DNA from: Candidatus Saccharibacteria bacterium RIFCSPHIGHO2_12_FULL_47_16b | GTDB lineage: Bacteria; Patescibacteriota; Saccharimonadia; Saccharimonadales; UBA10212 | Assembly (NCBI GenBank): GCA_001790525.1 | Contig: MGCU01000019.1 | Location: forward strand, 1 to 58,238 | Direction of reading: 5' to 3' | Length of the DNA: 58,238 nt | Part shown: positions 10,294-18,474 of the stretch, in pieces | Layout: each line of letters starts with the position of its first letter | Position numbering within the stretch: position 1 is the stretch's first letter | The notes under the pieces: generated by a model | What the model was told of the DNA's origin: nothing | Databases searched by the model: none | What the model saw: the letters and a program-made list of their open reading frames with translations, nothing else | Program-made: the position numbers and the translations under genes

Positions 10294-10616
10294 ACCCGGC
10301 GGACACCGCCAATTGGGCGGACAAAGTCTATTCCCCTTCCCCTAATTGGATTTCTATTTGAGCGTTTCGAAAAGAAATTACCCTTGCCGTTAGAGCTTCT
10401 ACAGACATATTTCCTATATCGCCTGCTTCTATGTGCGGCGATTTCCTGTTCATATGCCCTCATATGTTCGCTAAGGAATTTAGGAGAAATTTGCTGTACT
10501 ACCGGGTTAGATGAATCGTAAAAGAAGGATAATCTATTTCTTAAATGTTTAACCCATTCCTGAAGAAGTTCTCCTTCCGTAGTTGAATCAATTCCAGTTT
10601 CTCCAATATATGGCAT
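10287..10616 (-). CDS. hypothetical protein (cassette 3); C-terminus reads through repeat R2
   Basis: TTGTTT-17-TGTAAT-6-ATG upstream; last ~18 aa (RGRGIDFVRPIGGVRRVQ) are translated repeat, so possibly truncated. Confidence 0.5.
   Translation of the reverse strand: MPYIGETGIDSTTEGELLQEWVKHLRNRLSFFYDSSNPVVQQISPKFLSEHMRAYEQEIAAHRSRRYRKYVCRSSNGKGNFFSKRSNRNPIRGRGIDFVRPIGGVRRVQ
10293..10343 (+). repeat. cassette-boundary repeat R2
   Basis: aacccggcggacaccgccaattgggcggacaaagtctattccccttcccct. Confidence 0.88.
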
Positions 10617-10648
10617 CCGCGAATTACACCACTAATTATTAAATCAAA

Positions 10649-10733
10649 CAAGCACGAGCAATTTCAAACCCGGCGGGCTCCCACCTTCGCCAAGGCTTTG
10701 CGGACAAAGTCTATTCCCTCCGCCCCTCCCCGC
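10649..10733 (+). repeat. cassette-boundary repeat R3 (longest copy)
   Basis: caagcacgagcaatttcaaacccggcgggctcccaccttcgccaaggctttgcggacaaagtctattccctccgcccctccccgc; 5' part shared with R5, 3' part with R1. Confidence 0.9.
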
Positions 10734-10746
10734 AACTAATTTGGAC

Positions 10747-11019
10747 TTATTTCCTATAAACTTCGCGTCTATGTTGAACTCTCACGATATAGATCGTTTT
10801 ACCTTCGACAATCAAAATAACTCTGTAATCGCCAATTCGAAAACGATAATCACCAGCTTTATGCTTAGTCAATTTTTCTGCAAATTGCAAAGGGTCGTCA
10901 TGCTCAATAAAATACTCCAGTTTCTTGCCGATTCTACTACGAACCACCGTCGAAAGGCGATTTATATCTTGTTTGGCTGTCTTGGTAATCTTGTAGCTGT
11001 AGCTTCGCGAGGCTGACAT
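10747..11019 (-). CDS. RelE/StbE family type II toxin
   Basis: ITKTAKQDINRL...YRFRIGDYRVI...VRVQHRREVYR. Confidence 0.92.
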   Translation of the reverse strand: MSASRSYSYKITKTAKQDINRLSTVVRSRIGKKLEYFIEHDDPLQFAEKLTKHKAGDYRFRIGDYRVILIVEGKTIYIVRVQHRREVYRK

Positions 11020-11271
11020 TTAGAGATTCCCGAAAACTTCTTCGAAGCTATAGACCTCACCCTTTTTAATTTGTTCTCGCGCTTCAGCAATGGATTCTAG
11101 GTACTTAGGATCACTTGCTGCGAGCAAATCCTCCAGTTTATCCAAATCAACAATAGCTCGCTCTTTTTTACCGCGACGAGTCACAATCAATACTTCATCA
11201 TCTGATATTGAATCCAAAGCATCAGCTAAATTATTACGTAATTTGCTAGCGCTAATTGTTTTTGTTCCCAT
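11020..11271 (-). CDS. Phd/YefM family antitoxin
   Basis: TISASKLRNNL..ALDSI...VLIVTRRGKK; AAGGAGG SD upstream of ATG 11271; abuts toxin start. Confidence 0.9.
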   Translation of the reverse strand: MGTKTISASKLRNNLADALDSISDDEVLIVTRRGKKERAIVDLDKLEDLLAASDPKYLESIAEAREQIKKGEVYSFEEVFGNL

Positions 11272-11280
11272 TTTTTCATT

Positions 11281-11329
11281 CCTCCTTATGTACAAACTAA
11301 TTGTACATTTAATTAGTACGTAATGTCAA
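11281..11329 (-). promoter_or_regulatory. promoter/operator of the Phd-RelE pair
   Basis: TTGACA-18-TACAAT; TGTACA palindromic cores at 11289-94 and 11302-07, the core known from YefM operators; SD AAGGAGG. Confidence 0.75.
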
Positions 11330-11354
11330 GCGGCGGACAGGCTATTCCCTTTCC
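11322..11354 (+). repeat. cassette-boundary repeat R4 (internally deleted)
   Basis: aatgtcaagc-ggcggacag-gctattccctttcc: left end as R5, core as R1/R2. Confidence 0.7.
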
Positions 11355-11373
11355 AAAGTAAACAAAGTTTTAT

Positions 11374-11682
11374 CTACTTAGTTATAAGTAGAGGTATTTT
11401 CGTAGGTGTCAAAAGCTCTTTTGGTATTCGTATTACTGCCGGCTGCAAAGGTTTTTCGTCACAAATAGGCGTAGTGGACTCCCGGCTTTCCCGTCTTATT
11501 TCGTCCATCTGTCCAGCTATTGGTATTAAACAAATTCCAGGAGAAGAGAATGGAACTCGCACAATCTCTGTCCTGCCTCCAAAAGTATAAGCAGACCAGA
11601 AACCAACAACTGATGCTGCTACTGTTCCTAGCGCTCCTATTGCCAAAGTTCTATTTCGTATACCTGGTAAAACTTCTCTCAT
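11374..11682 (-). CDS. small membrane-anchored hypothetical protein (cassette 5)
   Basis: N-terminal hydrophobic helix, two Cys; TTGACA-17-TAAAAT-7-ATG upstream. Confidence 0.6.
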   Translation of the reverse strand: MREVLPGIRNRTLAIGALGTVAASVVGFWSAYTFGGRTEIVRVPFSSPGICLIPIAGQMDEIRRESRESTTPICDEKPLQPAVIRIPKELLTPTKIPLLITK

Positions 11683-11710
11683 TTTTCATATTTTAACCAT
11701 TAATTTATAA

Positions 11711-11783
11711 AATGTCAAGCACGAGCAATTTCAAACCCGGGCGCCAAGGCTATGGTAGACTATGCCACTGGCCCCTCCCCACG
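11711..11783 (+). repeat. cassette-boundary repeat R5
   Basis: aatgtcaagcacgagcaatttcaaacccgggcgccaaggctatggtagactatgccactggcccctccccacg; caagcacgagcaatttcaaacccgg identical to R3. Confidence 0.88.
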
Positions 11784-12338
11784 CTATTTCCTTTCAATCA
11801 CATGATCAGCAAACTTTACTATTGAGCCATCCAAGTCAAAATGATCATTTATATTATCCTCGAGTTTCTCAGCTAAGACTATCAAGTCAGCTAGTTCTTT
11901 CATTGTCTCTTTCAGTTGAGCCTTGAAGCTCTTCTCGTCGAGCTTTATTTCACCTTGCAATATACGGTGAATGTAATCATTTCTCCGATTAACAAAAGGA
12001 GATAGCTTATCCATGAGATCTTTCATAAAATCCTCATTATCATTCGAGAAGAATTTAATGGCTTTTAACTCTTCTTTCAGATTACCGAGCGTGAGATTTT
12101 CAAACCTTCTTTCTGCTATTAAAGTAACTCCTTCCCTGGTGACTGCCGATTTATGACTATAGATTTTTAAGAGAGACGTTTTCAATTTCAATTCAAGGAA
12201 TTGCTCATACACTACAAATATACCTATTAAGCGTACGGTGTTATCTTTCTTTTCGAGAGGCTCGTCTAAGATTCTTTCCAAAAAATCTGCTCGGCTTTTT
12301 GCCTTTTTGATTGCATCAAGGTTGGTTTTATTAGTCAT
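11784..12338 (-). CDS. hypothetical protein, HEPN-like
   Basis: Helical-looking, RRNDYIH (RNxxxH) motif, upstream EQFLE helix and LTLG motif; AT-rich. Confidence 0.6.
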   Translation of the reverse strand: MTNKTNLDAIKKAKSRADFLERILDEPLEKKDNTVRLIGIFVVYEQFLELKLKTSLLKIYSHKSAVTREGVTLIAERRFENLTLGNLKEELKAIKFFSNDNEDFMKDLMDKLSPFVNRRNDYIHRILQGEIKLDEKSFKAQLKETMKELADLIVLAEKLEDNINDHFDLDGSIVKFADHVIERK

Positions 12339-12394
12339 AAGTATATTTTACCTCTAATTGTCCGCTCGTTCCCTTCCAGCGTATAATTCGAACT

Positions 12395-12703
12395 ATGAAT
12401 AATTGGATTGCAGCAGCTGGTGTTTTCGTTGCACTTCTCGGTTTTGTTTATAAAGTTTGGGAGAAGAGCCATAGAAAATTAAAAATCATAAAAGCAGTTT
12501 ATGGTAAGAATAATTTAACTCAAGACATTGCTAAAAATCTCAATAGGAAGATTAAGAATAATAAATTACATGTACAACTTACTAATGAAATTGGGGGAGA
12601 TCCTGCTAAAGGAGAGCGTAAGATTGCCAGAATAAAATATTGGTATGATGGTAAACGCCATAAAGTCGAATACGTTGAACTGGAGATAATTGATCTTCCC
12701 TAA
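12395..12703 (+). CDS. small membrane-anchored protein, DUF3395/lectin-like
   Basis: N-terminal TM; IIKAVYG...DI...GGDPAKGERK.ARIKY pattern; TATAAT-7-ATG. Confidence 0.55.
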   Translation: MNNWIAAAGVFVALLGFVYKVWEKSHRKLKIIKAVYGKNNLTQDIAKNLNRKIKNNKLHVQLTNEIGGDPAKGERKIARIKYWYDGKRHKVEYVELEIIDLP

Positions 12704-12720
12704 ATCGGACTCTCAAAAAC

Positions 12721-12789
12721 AGAGGAAGCGTTTGGGTCCGGGCATCTGGCGAGCCCCAGAAGTAGAACAAGTTCACTACCGGGCAGGCC
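12721..12789 (+). repeat. second-type boundary repeat (blocks shared with 13513-13767)
   Basis: agaggaagcgtttg (also 13754-67), tgggtccgggc (cf. 13513), catctggcgagcccc (cf. 13617), agtag...actac..ggcaggc (cf. 13527-62). Confidence 0.65.
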
Positions 12790-12843
12790 TGATTTGATGT
12801 TGCCGTGCCTGAAGTTCGATGAGATCATATTCTTACGTCTACG

Positions 12844-13512
12844 ATGAGCTATTACCAGAGGTTTGGGCCCGTGCTAAAAACCAGAATCTTTAAACGATAC
12901 CTGCGGTGGGCCTATAAAAAAGGTGCAGAAGATTTAGTCAAGCTCAATTTTAAGCCAGGCTTCAAAAAAGAAGATTTTACGTGCTTACTGTGCGGAGTTG
13001 GCAGTGAGCAAACCGCAAATGAATTTATTAGGTTTGTAACAAACAGAAATCCACGAGCAAAAATTTGGATCATTGATTTGGGTGAAAAACAAGTAACGGC
13101 AGTAAAAAAACTAGTAAAAGAACGGCTTGCCAAGTTCGATGTAAATATAAGAAGAGTCAATGCTCTTGAGCTCAATAAGCTATTGCCGGAAGCCAGTTTG
13201 GATTGGATAGAAACCGATGGTTTCTTAGAATATTTTGACCGTCAGTCTTTAAAAAGACTACTCACTATTTGGCATGGTCTTTTAAATGCCGACGGATTTA
13301 TAACTACCAGAGATTTTGTGAGCAGCAGTAGAATTACCATAACTACTGATGCTTTTAGAATTTGGTTAGCCAAACGTTGGCTTGGTGTTAGTCTGTTTCG
13401 GCACACCAAAAAGGAACTTGTCAGTCTTTTTAAAAGCTCTGGTTTCAATTTTGTGGTGGGTCCGACTCCTTTGCCAACCTACAAAAGGTTTACTCTTGTT
13501 AAGCGCAGTTAA
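12844..13512 (+). CDS. class I SAM-dependent methyltransferase-like protein
   Basis: LLCGVGS motif I variant, WIIDL, LDWIETDGFLEYF, LNADGFI. Confidence 0.7.
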   Translation: MSYYQRFGPVLKTRIFKRYLRWAYKKGAEDLVKLNFKPGFKKEDFTCLLCGVGSEQTANEFIRFVTNRNPRAKIWIIDLGEKQVTAVKKLVKERLAKFDVNIRRVNALELNKLLPEASLDWIETDGFLEYFDRQSLKRLLTIWHGLLNADGFITTRDFVSSSRITITTDAFRIWLAKRWLGVSLFRHTKKELVSLFKSSGFNFVVGPTPLPTYKRFTLVKRS

Positions 13513-13630
13513 TGGGTTCGGGCCGCAGTAGTATCCGCCTGAGGCGGAACTACACGGCAGGCATTAGCCGGAAAACAGATGAATTAAAGATAAAGCGAGT
13601 CCCTAACTTGCGAAAACATCTGACGAGACC

Positions 13631-13757
13631 CGAGTAGATGTTGTTGAAAAGAGGCGACCTTGGGTGCGAGAGCTGTTTGACGAACAAAGCTGCCGGTGGC
13701 AAGTTTGTGAGGAGTTCTCGAGCAAGCCTGTTTCCAACAACAGCTACATCGAGTAGA
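13631..13757 (+). repeat. long imperfect palindromic element flanked by CGAGTAGA direct repeat
   Basis: gtagatgttgttgaaaa/tttccaacaacagctac outer stem, cgagagct/agttctcg and tgcc/ggca inner stems; CGAGTAGA at 13631 and 13750. Confidence 0.7.
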
Positions 13758-13787
13758 GGAAGCGTTTGAGGAAGGTAGGGGCGAGTG

Positions 13788-16256
13788 CTACTCGGTGGTG
13801 GCGGCGTAGGTTAGTTCTTTGGCTTTGGCACCGACGGTTACCACATCGCCTTTTTGGTAGGATTCATCCAGCATGCCGGCGGCAATTGAATCTTCCAGTG
13901 TTTCCTGTAACAGCCGGCGCATTGGCCGAGCACCGTTTTTAGCGTCATAACCTTCTTTTAGCAGATATTCTTTGGCATCTTTACTTACTTCCAGACCAAG
14001 GCCTTTTTTAACCAAACGGGCCCGCAGATCATCAAGCTGTATGTCTAAAATCTTGAGGGCATCTTTTTTAGTCAAAGCCCTAAACACTACAATTTTGTCA
14101 ATCCGGTTAAGCAGTTCCGGCCGCATCATCCTCTTAAGTTCGTCCAGAACTTTTTTCTTGTTAGCGTTATGCAATTCATCCAGTTTTTCTGTATCGGTCG
14201 CGCTAAAGCCAAAGCTAGCTTCTTTTTGCAACTTCTCCGCTCCAATATTAGAAGTCATAATCACAATCGTGTTGGTAAAATCAATCTTACGGCCCTTAGC
14301 ATCAGTTAACGAACCATCTTCCAGAATTTGCAGCAGCATGTTAAAGACGTCCGGATGGGCTTTTTCGATTTCATCAAACAGCACTACCGAATAAGGGTGA
14401 TGGCGGATTTTATCAGTTAATTGGCCGCTGTCATCATAGCCAACGTAGCCGGGCGGCGCGCCGACTAAACGTGCAACAGTGTGATGCTCGCCAAATTCAC
14501 TCATATCAATTTTGACCAGCGCTTCATCTGAACCAAAGAATTCGCGGGCTAACACCCGGGCTAGTTCAGTCTTGCCAACGCCGGTTGGTCCCATGAAAAT
14601 AAATGAGCCGATCGGGCGCTTTTCGCTGGAGATACCAGAGCGGCTACGCCGCACGGCGCTGGCTACCGTTTTGACAGCCTCGTCTTGGCCAATAATGTAG
14701 CGGCCCAGATTTTTTTCTAAATTAATCAGATATTTGGCTTCGGAACGAATAACTTTAGCTACCGGAATGCTGGTTATGCGCGCCACGGTTTGGGCCACAT
14801 CATCGGAAGTTATCGGAATTGGTTTGCCGGTTTTGTGAGTCGCTTCCAGCTGTTTAATTTGCTCTTTTAGCTGGCTGGCTTTTTGTTTTTCGCGGGCAGC
14901 TTTTTCATAATCCTCGTTATCAACGGCTTCATCAATCCGACCGTTGACTAGCTTCAGTTCTTTTTGCAAGGAACGCATCTCCGGCGGAGTTTTGCCCTTA
15001 TTGACCCGTAAATAAGCGGCTGTTTCATCTAAAAGGTCAATCGCTTTATCCGGCATAAAACGATCAACGATGTAGCGTCGGGCAAACTGAACGGTATCAC
15101 TTAAAACCTCGTCATTGAATTTAACGCCGTGGAATTCTTCGTAGTAAGAACTCAAGCCTTTTAAGATAGCCAGCGTTTCGGGTGAGGTTGTTTCGGGCAC
15201 TTGAATGGGCTGGAAGCGTCGCTCTAAGGCGGCGTCTTTTTCAACGTAGCGGGTGTAATCATCGGTAGTTGTGGCGCCGATCATCTGGATGCGACCGCGG
15301 GCCAGTGATGGCTTGAGGATATTGCCGGCATCCATGCTGCCCTCGGCGGCGCCAGCGCCAACAATCAAGTGCAGCTCATCAATAAAGATAATTAGGTTTT
15401 TGTCATTTTCCAGCTCGGTAATAACCTTCTTGAGACGGTCTTCAAACTCACCGCGGTATTTGGTGCCGGCAATCATGCCAGCCAAATCCAGCATAATGAT
15501 GCGTTTATCAAGCAGGCTATCGGGTACTTCCTCTTTGACGATACGTTGAGCGATGCCTTCGACGATGGCGGTTTTACCAACCCCCGGCTCGCCAATCAAA
15601 ACCGGATTATTTTTAGTCCGGCGGTTAAGAATGGTGATAACTCTTTTAATTTGGGCCTCGCGACCAACCACCGGGTCCAGTTTGCCGTCGCGGGCCATCT
15701 GCGTCATATCAGTGCCAAAAAATTCCAAAGCCGATTTTTTACCGCGCTTGCCACGCTGGCCAGCTGCCACACCGCCGCGACCTTCTTCATATTGCTGTCG
15801 GTTAAGAAACTGCTCAACTTCGCCGCTTAGCCGGTCAAGATCAATGCCCATATCGCGCAGCAGCGTCGTAGCCCGGGCGTTCTTTTGGCTCAAGATGCTG
15901 TATAAAATGTGCTCGGTGCCGCAGACATCCTGATTAAATTCCTGGGCAATTTCCCAAGCCATCTTAAGTGTTAATTTAGCGGTTTCGGATAGCCCTTTGC
16001 CGCCCATGCTAATAATCAAGGTTTTTGGAGTTAGATTAAGCGCTAAGCGGGCTCGATCTAAGGTAATGCCCTGTTCTTCTAAAATTTTGGCGGCCATTGA
16101 ACCATTTTGGGCCAGCAGTCCTAAAAGTAGGTGTTCAGTGCCGATGTAGGCGCTACCGGATGCTCTGGCGATGGCATCGGCATGACGCAAACTTTGAAGT
16201 GCGTTGTTAGTTAAATGGCTCAAAAAATCTTGGAAATCTGGCGAATTTGGAATCAA
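13788..16256 (-). CDS. clpC: ATP-dependent Clp protease ATP-binding subunit ClpC
   Basis: Clp N repeats, GEPGVGKT and GPTGVGKT Walker A motifs, short UVR middle domain, FGF ClpP-docking loop; TTG start with AGGAG SD. Confidence 0.95.
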   Translation of the reverse strand: MIPNSPDFQDFLSHLTNNALQSLRHADAIARASGSAYIGTEHLLLGLLAQNGSMAAKILEEQGITLDRARLALNLTPKTLIISMGGKGLSETAKLTLKMAWEIAQEFNQDVCGTEHILYSILSQKNARATTLLRDMGIDLDRLSGEVEQFLNRQQYEEGRGGVAAGQRGKRGKKSALEFFGTDMTQMARDGKLDPVVGREAQIKRVITILNRRTKNNPVLIGEPGVGKTAIVEGIAQRIVKEEVPDSLLDKRIIMLDLAGMIAGTKYRGEFEDRLKKVITELENDKNLIIFIDELHLIVGAGAAEGSMDAGNILKPSLARGRIQMIGATTTDDYTRYVEKDAALERRFQPIQVPETTSPETLAILKGLSSYYEEFHGVKFNDEVLSDTVQFARRYIVDRFMPDKAIDLLDETAAYLRVNKGKTPPEMRSLQKELKLVNGRIDEAVDNEDYEKAAREKQKASQLKEQIKQLEATHKTGKPIPITSDDVAQTVARITSIPVAKVIRSEAKYLINLEKNLGRYIIGQDEAVKTVASAVRRSRSGISSEKRPIGSFIFMGPTGVGKTELARVLAREFFGSDEALVKIDMSEFGEHHTVARLVGAPPGYVGYDDSGQLTDKIRHHPYSVVLFDEIEKAHPDVFNMLLQILEDGSLTDAKGRKIDFTNTIVIMTSNIGAEKLQKEASFGFSATDTEKLDELHNANKKKVLDELKRMMRPELLNRIDKIVVFRALTKKDALKILDIQLDDLRARLVKKGLGLEVSKDAKEYLLKEGYDAKNGARPMRRLLQETLEDSIAAGMLDESYQKGDVVTVGAKAKELTYAATTE

Positions 16257-16364
16257 AAAATTACTCCTGTAATTTTTAGTTGCTAGTCGCTTGTCACCAG
16301 TGACTAGAGACTATTGACTAGTGACTAGCGGATGCGTACTGCATCCGCTCCATTATACCACAAA

Positions 16365-16391
16365 CTGGCACTCTTGGGTCAAGAGTGCCAA
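16365..16391. promoter_or_regulatory. CIRCE (HrcA operator) upstream of clpC
   Basis: CTGGCACTC-N9-GAGTGCCAA versus consensus TTAGCACTC-N9-GAGTGCTAA; adjacent minus-strand TGgTATAAT at 16352-60. Confidence 0.85.
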
Positions 16392-16475
16392 TTACGCCGT
16401 CCAAGAAGATAGATATTTGGTTGATAGTTGATTGAGCTGTATTATGTGTTCATAAATTAAGGAGGTTCAACAAAC

Positions 16476-16967
16476 ATGTTAAGTCAGCTGGAGGCCAGCC
16501 TTGAAGGATTATTCAAAGGCGCGCCCAAACTACCCGAGAAAGCCAAAGACGCTATCGTTCAGTGGCTACCTTGGATAAATCTAATTCTTGGACTGCTTAC
16601 TCTATGGGCAGCCTACTCCCTGTGGCGTTGGGCCGATGTCGCTAACACTATCGTCAATTACGCCAACGAACTGTCTCGAGCCCTAGGTGGCACTGGCGTA
16701 TCAGTTGACCGCTTCACGGTTGGCGTTTGGATAGCGATTGGTGTGTTGGTGGTGGAGGCCATATTGTACCTAGCGGCCTTTCCCGGCACGCGAGATCGCA
16801 AAAAGTCAGGTTGGAATCTGCTGTTTTATGCCCTACTTGTTAACATCGTCTACGGCGTAGTCGTACTATTTACCGACTATGGCGGCGTTGGTAACTTTTT
16901 GGGTTACGTGATTGGCTCGGTTATTGGACTATACTTCTTGTTCCAGCTAAAACCCAAGTACAACTAG
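16476..16967 (+). CDS. integral membrane protein (about 4 TM), unknown function
   Basis: AAGGAGG SD; hydrophobic helices; RKKSGWNLLFY. Confidence 0.85.
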   Translation: MLSQLEASLEGLFKGAPKLPEKAKDAIVQWLPWINLILGLLTLWAAYSLWRWADVANTIVNYANELSRALGGTGVSVDRFTVGVWIAIGVLVVEAILYLAAFPGTRDRKKSGWNLLFYALLVNIVYGVVVLFTDYGGVGNFLGYVIGSVIGLYFLFQLKPKYN

Positions 16968-16984
16968 AAGCTAGAAGTACTTTT

Positions 16985-17013
16985 AAGAAAGCGGCCGATT
17001 CGGCCGCTTTCTT
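16985..17013. terminator. bidirectional intrinsic terminator
   Basis: aagaaagcggccg-att-cggccgctttctt between convergent genes. Confidence 0.85.
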
Positions 17014-18302
17014 TATTTGTCTTCAACGGTTTTTTGTTGGCTATCCGGACTCACGACTTCTTCTTTTTCGTTTGGTTTTTCTTGTTTGGCCTGCTCTTGC
17101 TTCTTGCTTCCTGTTTCTTGCTTCACTTCCTCACCGTGTTCTTCTATGGCTTTAAGCAATGATTCTTCAAGTTCAGTTTTCTTCTTAACTTTTTGGGTAA
17201 CTGGCTTGGCTTCTACCTTCTCGGCCTTGACTTCTTTAGAGGCGGTTTTGGTTTCTCCGGCGGCGGCTTCGGCCTCCACATCCAGCTCATAGCCCGTCAG
17301 TTTGCCGGCCAGTCGAACATTTTGGCCATTTCTGCCAATTGCAATACTTAGTTGATCGGTCGGTACAATCACCGTCGCCTTTTTATTTTTTTCATCAATT
17401 TTGACGGAAGTGACGTTGGCCGGCTTCATGGCATTGGCAATATAGGCCGCTGGATTTTCATCCCAGACGATAATGTCAATCATTTCGGCCGAGCCAATTT
17501 CGTCGCGAACGGAATTAATGCGCGTGCCATGACCGCCAACAAAAGTACCAACCGGATCAACACCCGGCACATTGCTGGTTACAGCAATTTTAGAACGGGC
17601 GCCGGGTTCGCGGGCAATCTCTTTAATCTCAACCGCACCATTGGCCATTTCTGGCACTTCGTTTAAGAACAACTGCTGAATGAACTCTTGCGAACCACGG
17701 CTGATAATTAACTGCGGCCCCCGGCTGCCTTTCTCAACTTCTTTGAGATAAAACTTAAGTCGCTGTCCAGGATAATAGCGCTCGCCGTGAATTTGTTCGG
17801 ATATTGGCATAATGCCCTGGGCTCGACCCAGTTCAACCCTTATTAAGCGGCCTTCAACGCGACTAACTGTGCCTGATACCACCGAATTGACCTTATCTTC
17901 AAATTCGGCCATGACAATCTCGCGCTCGGCTTCACGCAAACGCTGCAAGATAACTTGTTTGGCGGTTTGAGCCGCTACTCGGCCAAAATCCTCGATCTTT
18001 TGAATTATTTCAATCTGGTCGCCAAGCTTGGCATTCTTCTTCATAACTTTGGCTTCGGCCAGACTCAATTGCGTTCGAGGGTCCTCCACTTCGTCGACAA
18101 TTTCTTTAGTAACGTAAGCAATTACTTCGCCGGTGTTTATGTTCATGGTGACACGGACTTCCTGTTCGCGGTCGCCATAGTCACGTCGCCAAGCCGCCGC
18201 TAAAGCCTGCTGAACAATATCTTGAACCTGATCTTCGGGCAGATTCTTTTCTTCGGCAATAACTCTGATGGCTTGGGCCAGTTGTTTAAAATCCATTTCC
18301 AT
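17013..18302 (-). CDS. nusA: transcription termination factor NusA
   Basis: FGRVAAQTAKQVI, S1 domain, AREPGARSKIAV, KH motif AIGRNGQNVRLA; charged C-terminal tail. Confidence 0.97.
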   Translation of the reverse strand: MEMDFKQLAQAIRVIAEEKNLPEDQVQDIVQQALAAAWRRDYGDREQEVRVTMNINTGEVIAYVTKEIVDEVEDPRTQLSLAEAKVMKKNAKLGDQIEIIQKIEDFGRVAAQTAKQVILQRLREAEREIVMAEFEDKVNSVVSGTVSRVEGRLIRVELGRAQGIMPISEQIHGERYYPGQRLKFYLKEVEKGSRGPQLIISRGSQEFIQQLFLNEVPEMANGAVEIKEIAREPGARSKIAVTSNVPGVDPVGTFVGGHGTRINSVRDEIGSAEMIDIIVWDENPAAYIANAMKPANVTSVKIDEKNKKATVIVPTDQLSIAIGRNGQNVRLAGKLTGYELDVEAEAAAGETKTASKEVKAEKVEAKPVTQKVKKKTELEESLLKAIEEHGEEVKQETGSKKQEQAKQEKPNEKEEVVSPDSQQKTVEDK

Positions 18303-18443
18303 GTCGTTTCACTCCATTTCTCATTTAGCATTTGTCATCTCGCAATTATTTTTCATTAATCATTTTTCAGATGTTTGAAAATTGCAAATTGTTAATTAAT
18401 TGGTAAATGTAAATTGGTAATTGTTAAATGCTTTTTAATCCCT

Positions 18444-18474
18444 AAAAAGCGAAAATCCGACCTTTGTGGCCGGA
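18444..18474 (-). terminator. putative attenuator in the nusA 5' leader
   Basis: Minus strand TCCGGCC-acaaa-GGTCGGA-TTTTcgcTTTTT shortly after TATAGT (18487-92). Confidence 0.55.

Larger units (their letters stand above)
9369..13787. mobile_element. accessory island: repeat-delimited gene-cassette array
   Basis: Small orphan/TA genes in mixed orientation, several visibly AT-rich, separated by related GC-rich repeats; no recombinase in window. Confidence 0.65.

Noticed and set aside
10741-11323. Plus-strand ORFs 10741..11016 and 11090..11323
   Set aside because: Antisense to a clear toxin-antitoxin pair
9694-11783. CRISPR array
   Set aside because: Repeats vary in length and sequence, intervening segments are 300-600 nt genes, no cas genes
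9694-11783. Canonical integron attC sites
   Set aside because: No RYYYAAC...GTTRRRY ends or whole-site dyad symmetry visible; no intI in window
12359-12381. Sixth copy of the cassette repeat (tgtccgctcgttcccttcc)
   Set aside because: Similarity too short to separate from chance
13513-13787. Known ncRNA (tmRNA, RNase P, SRP, group I/II intron)
   Set aside because: None of their conserved motifs recognised; better explained as a repeat mosaic, pending an Rfam scan
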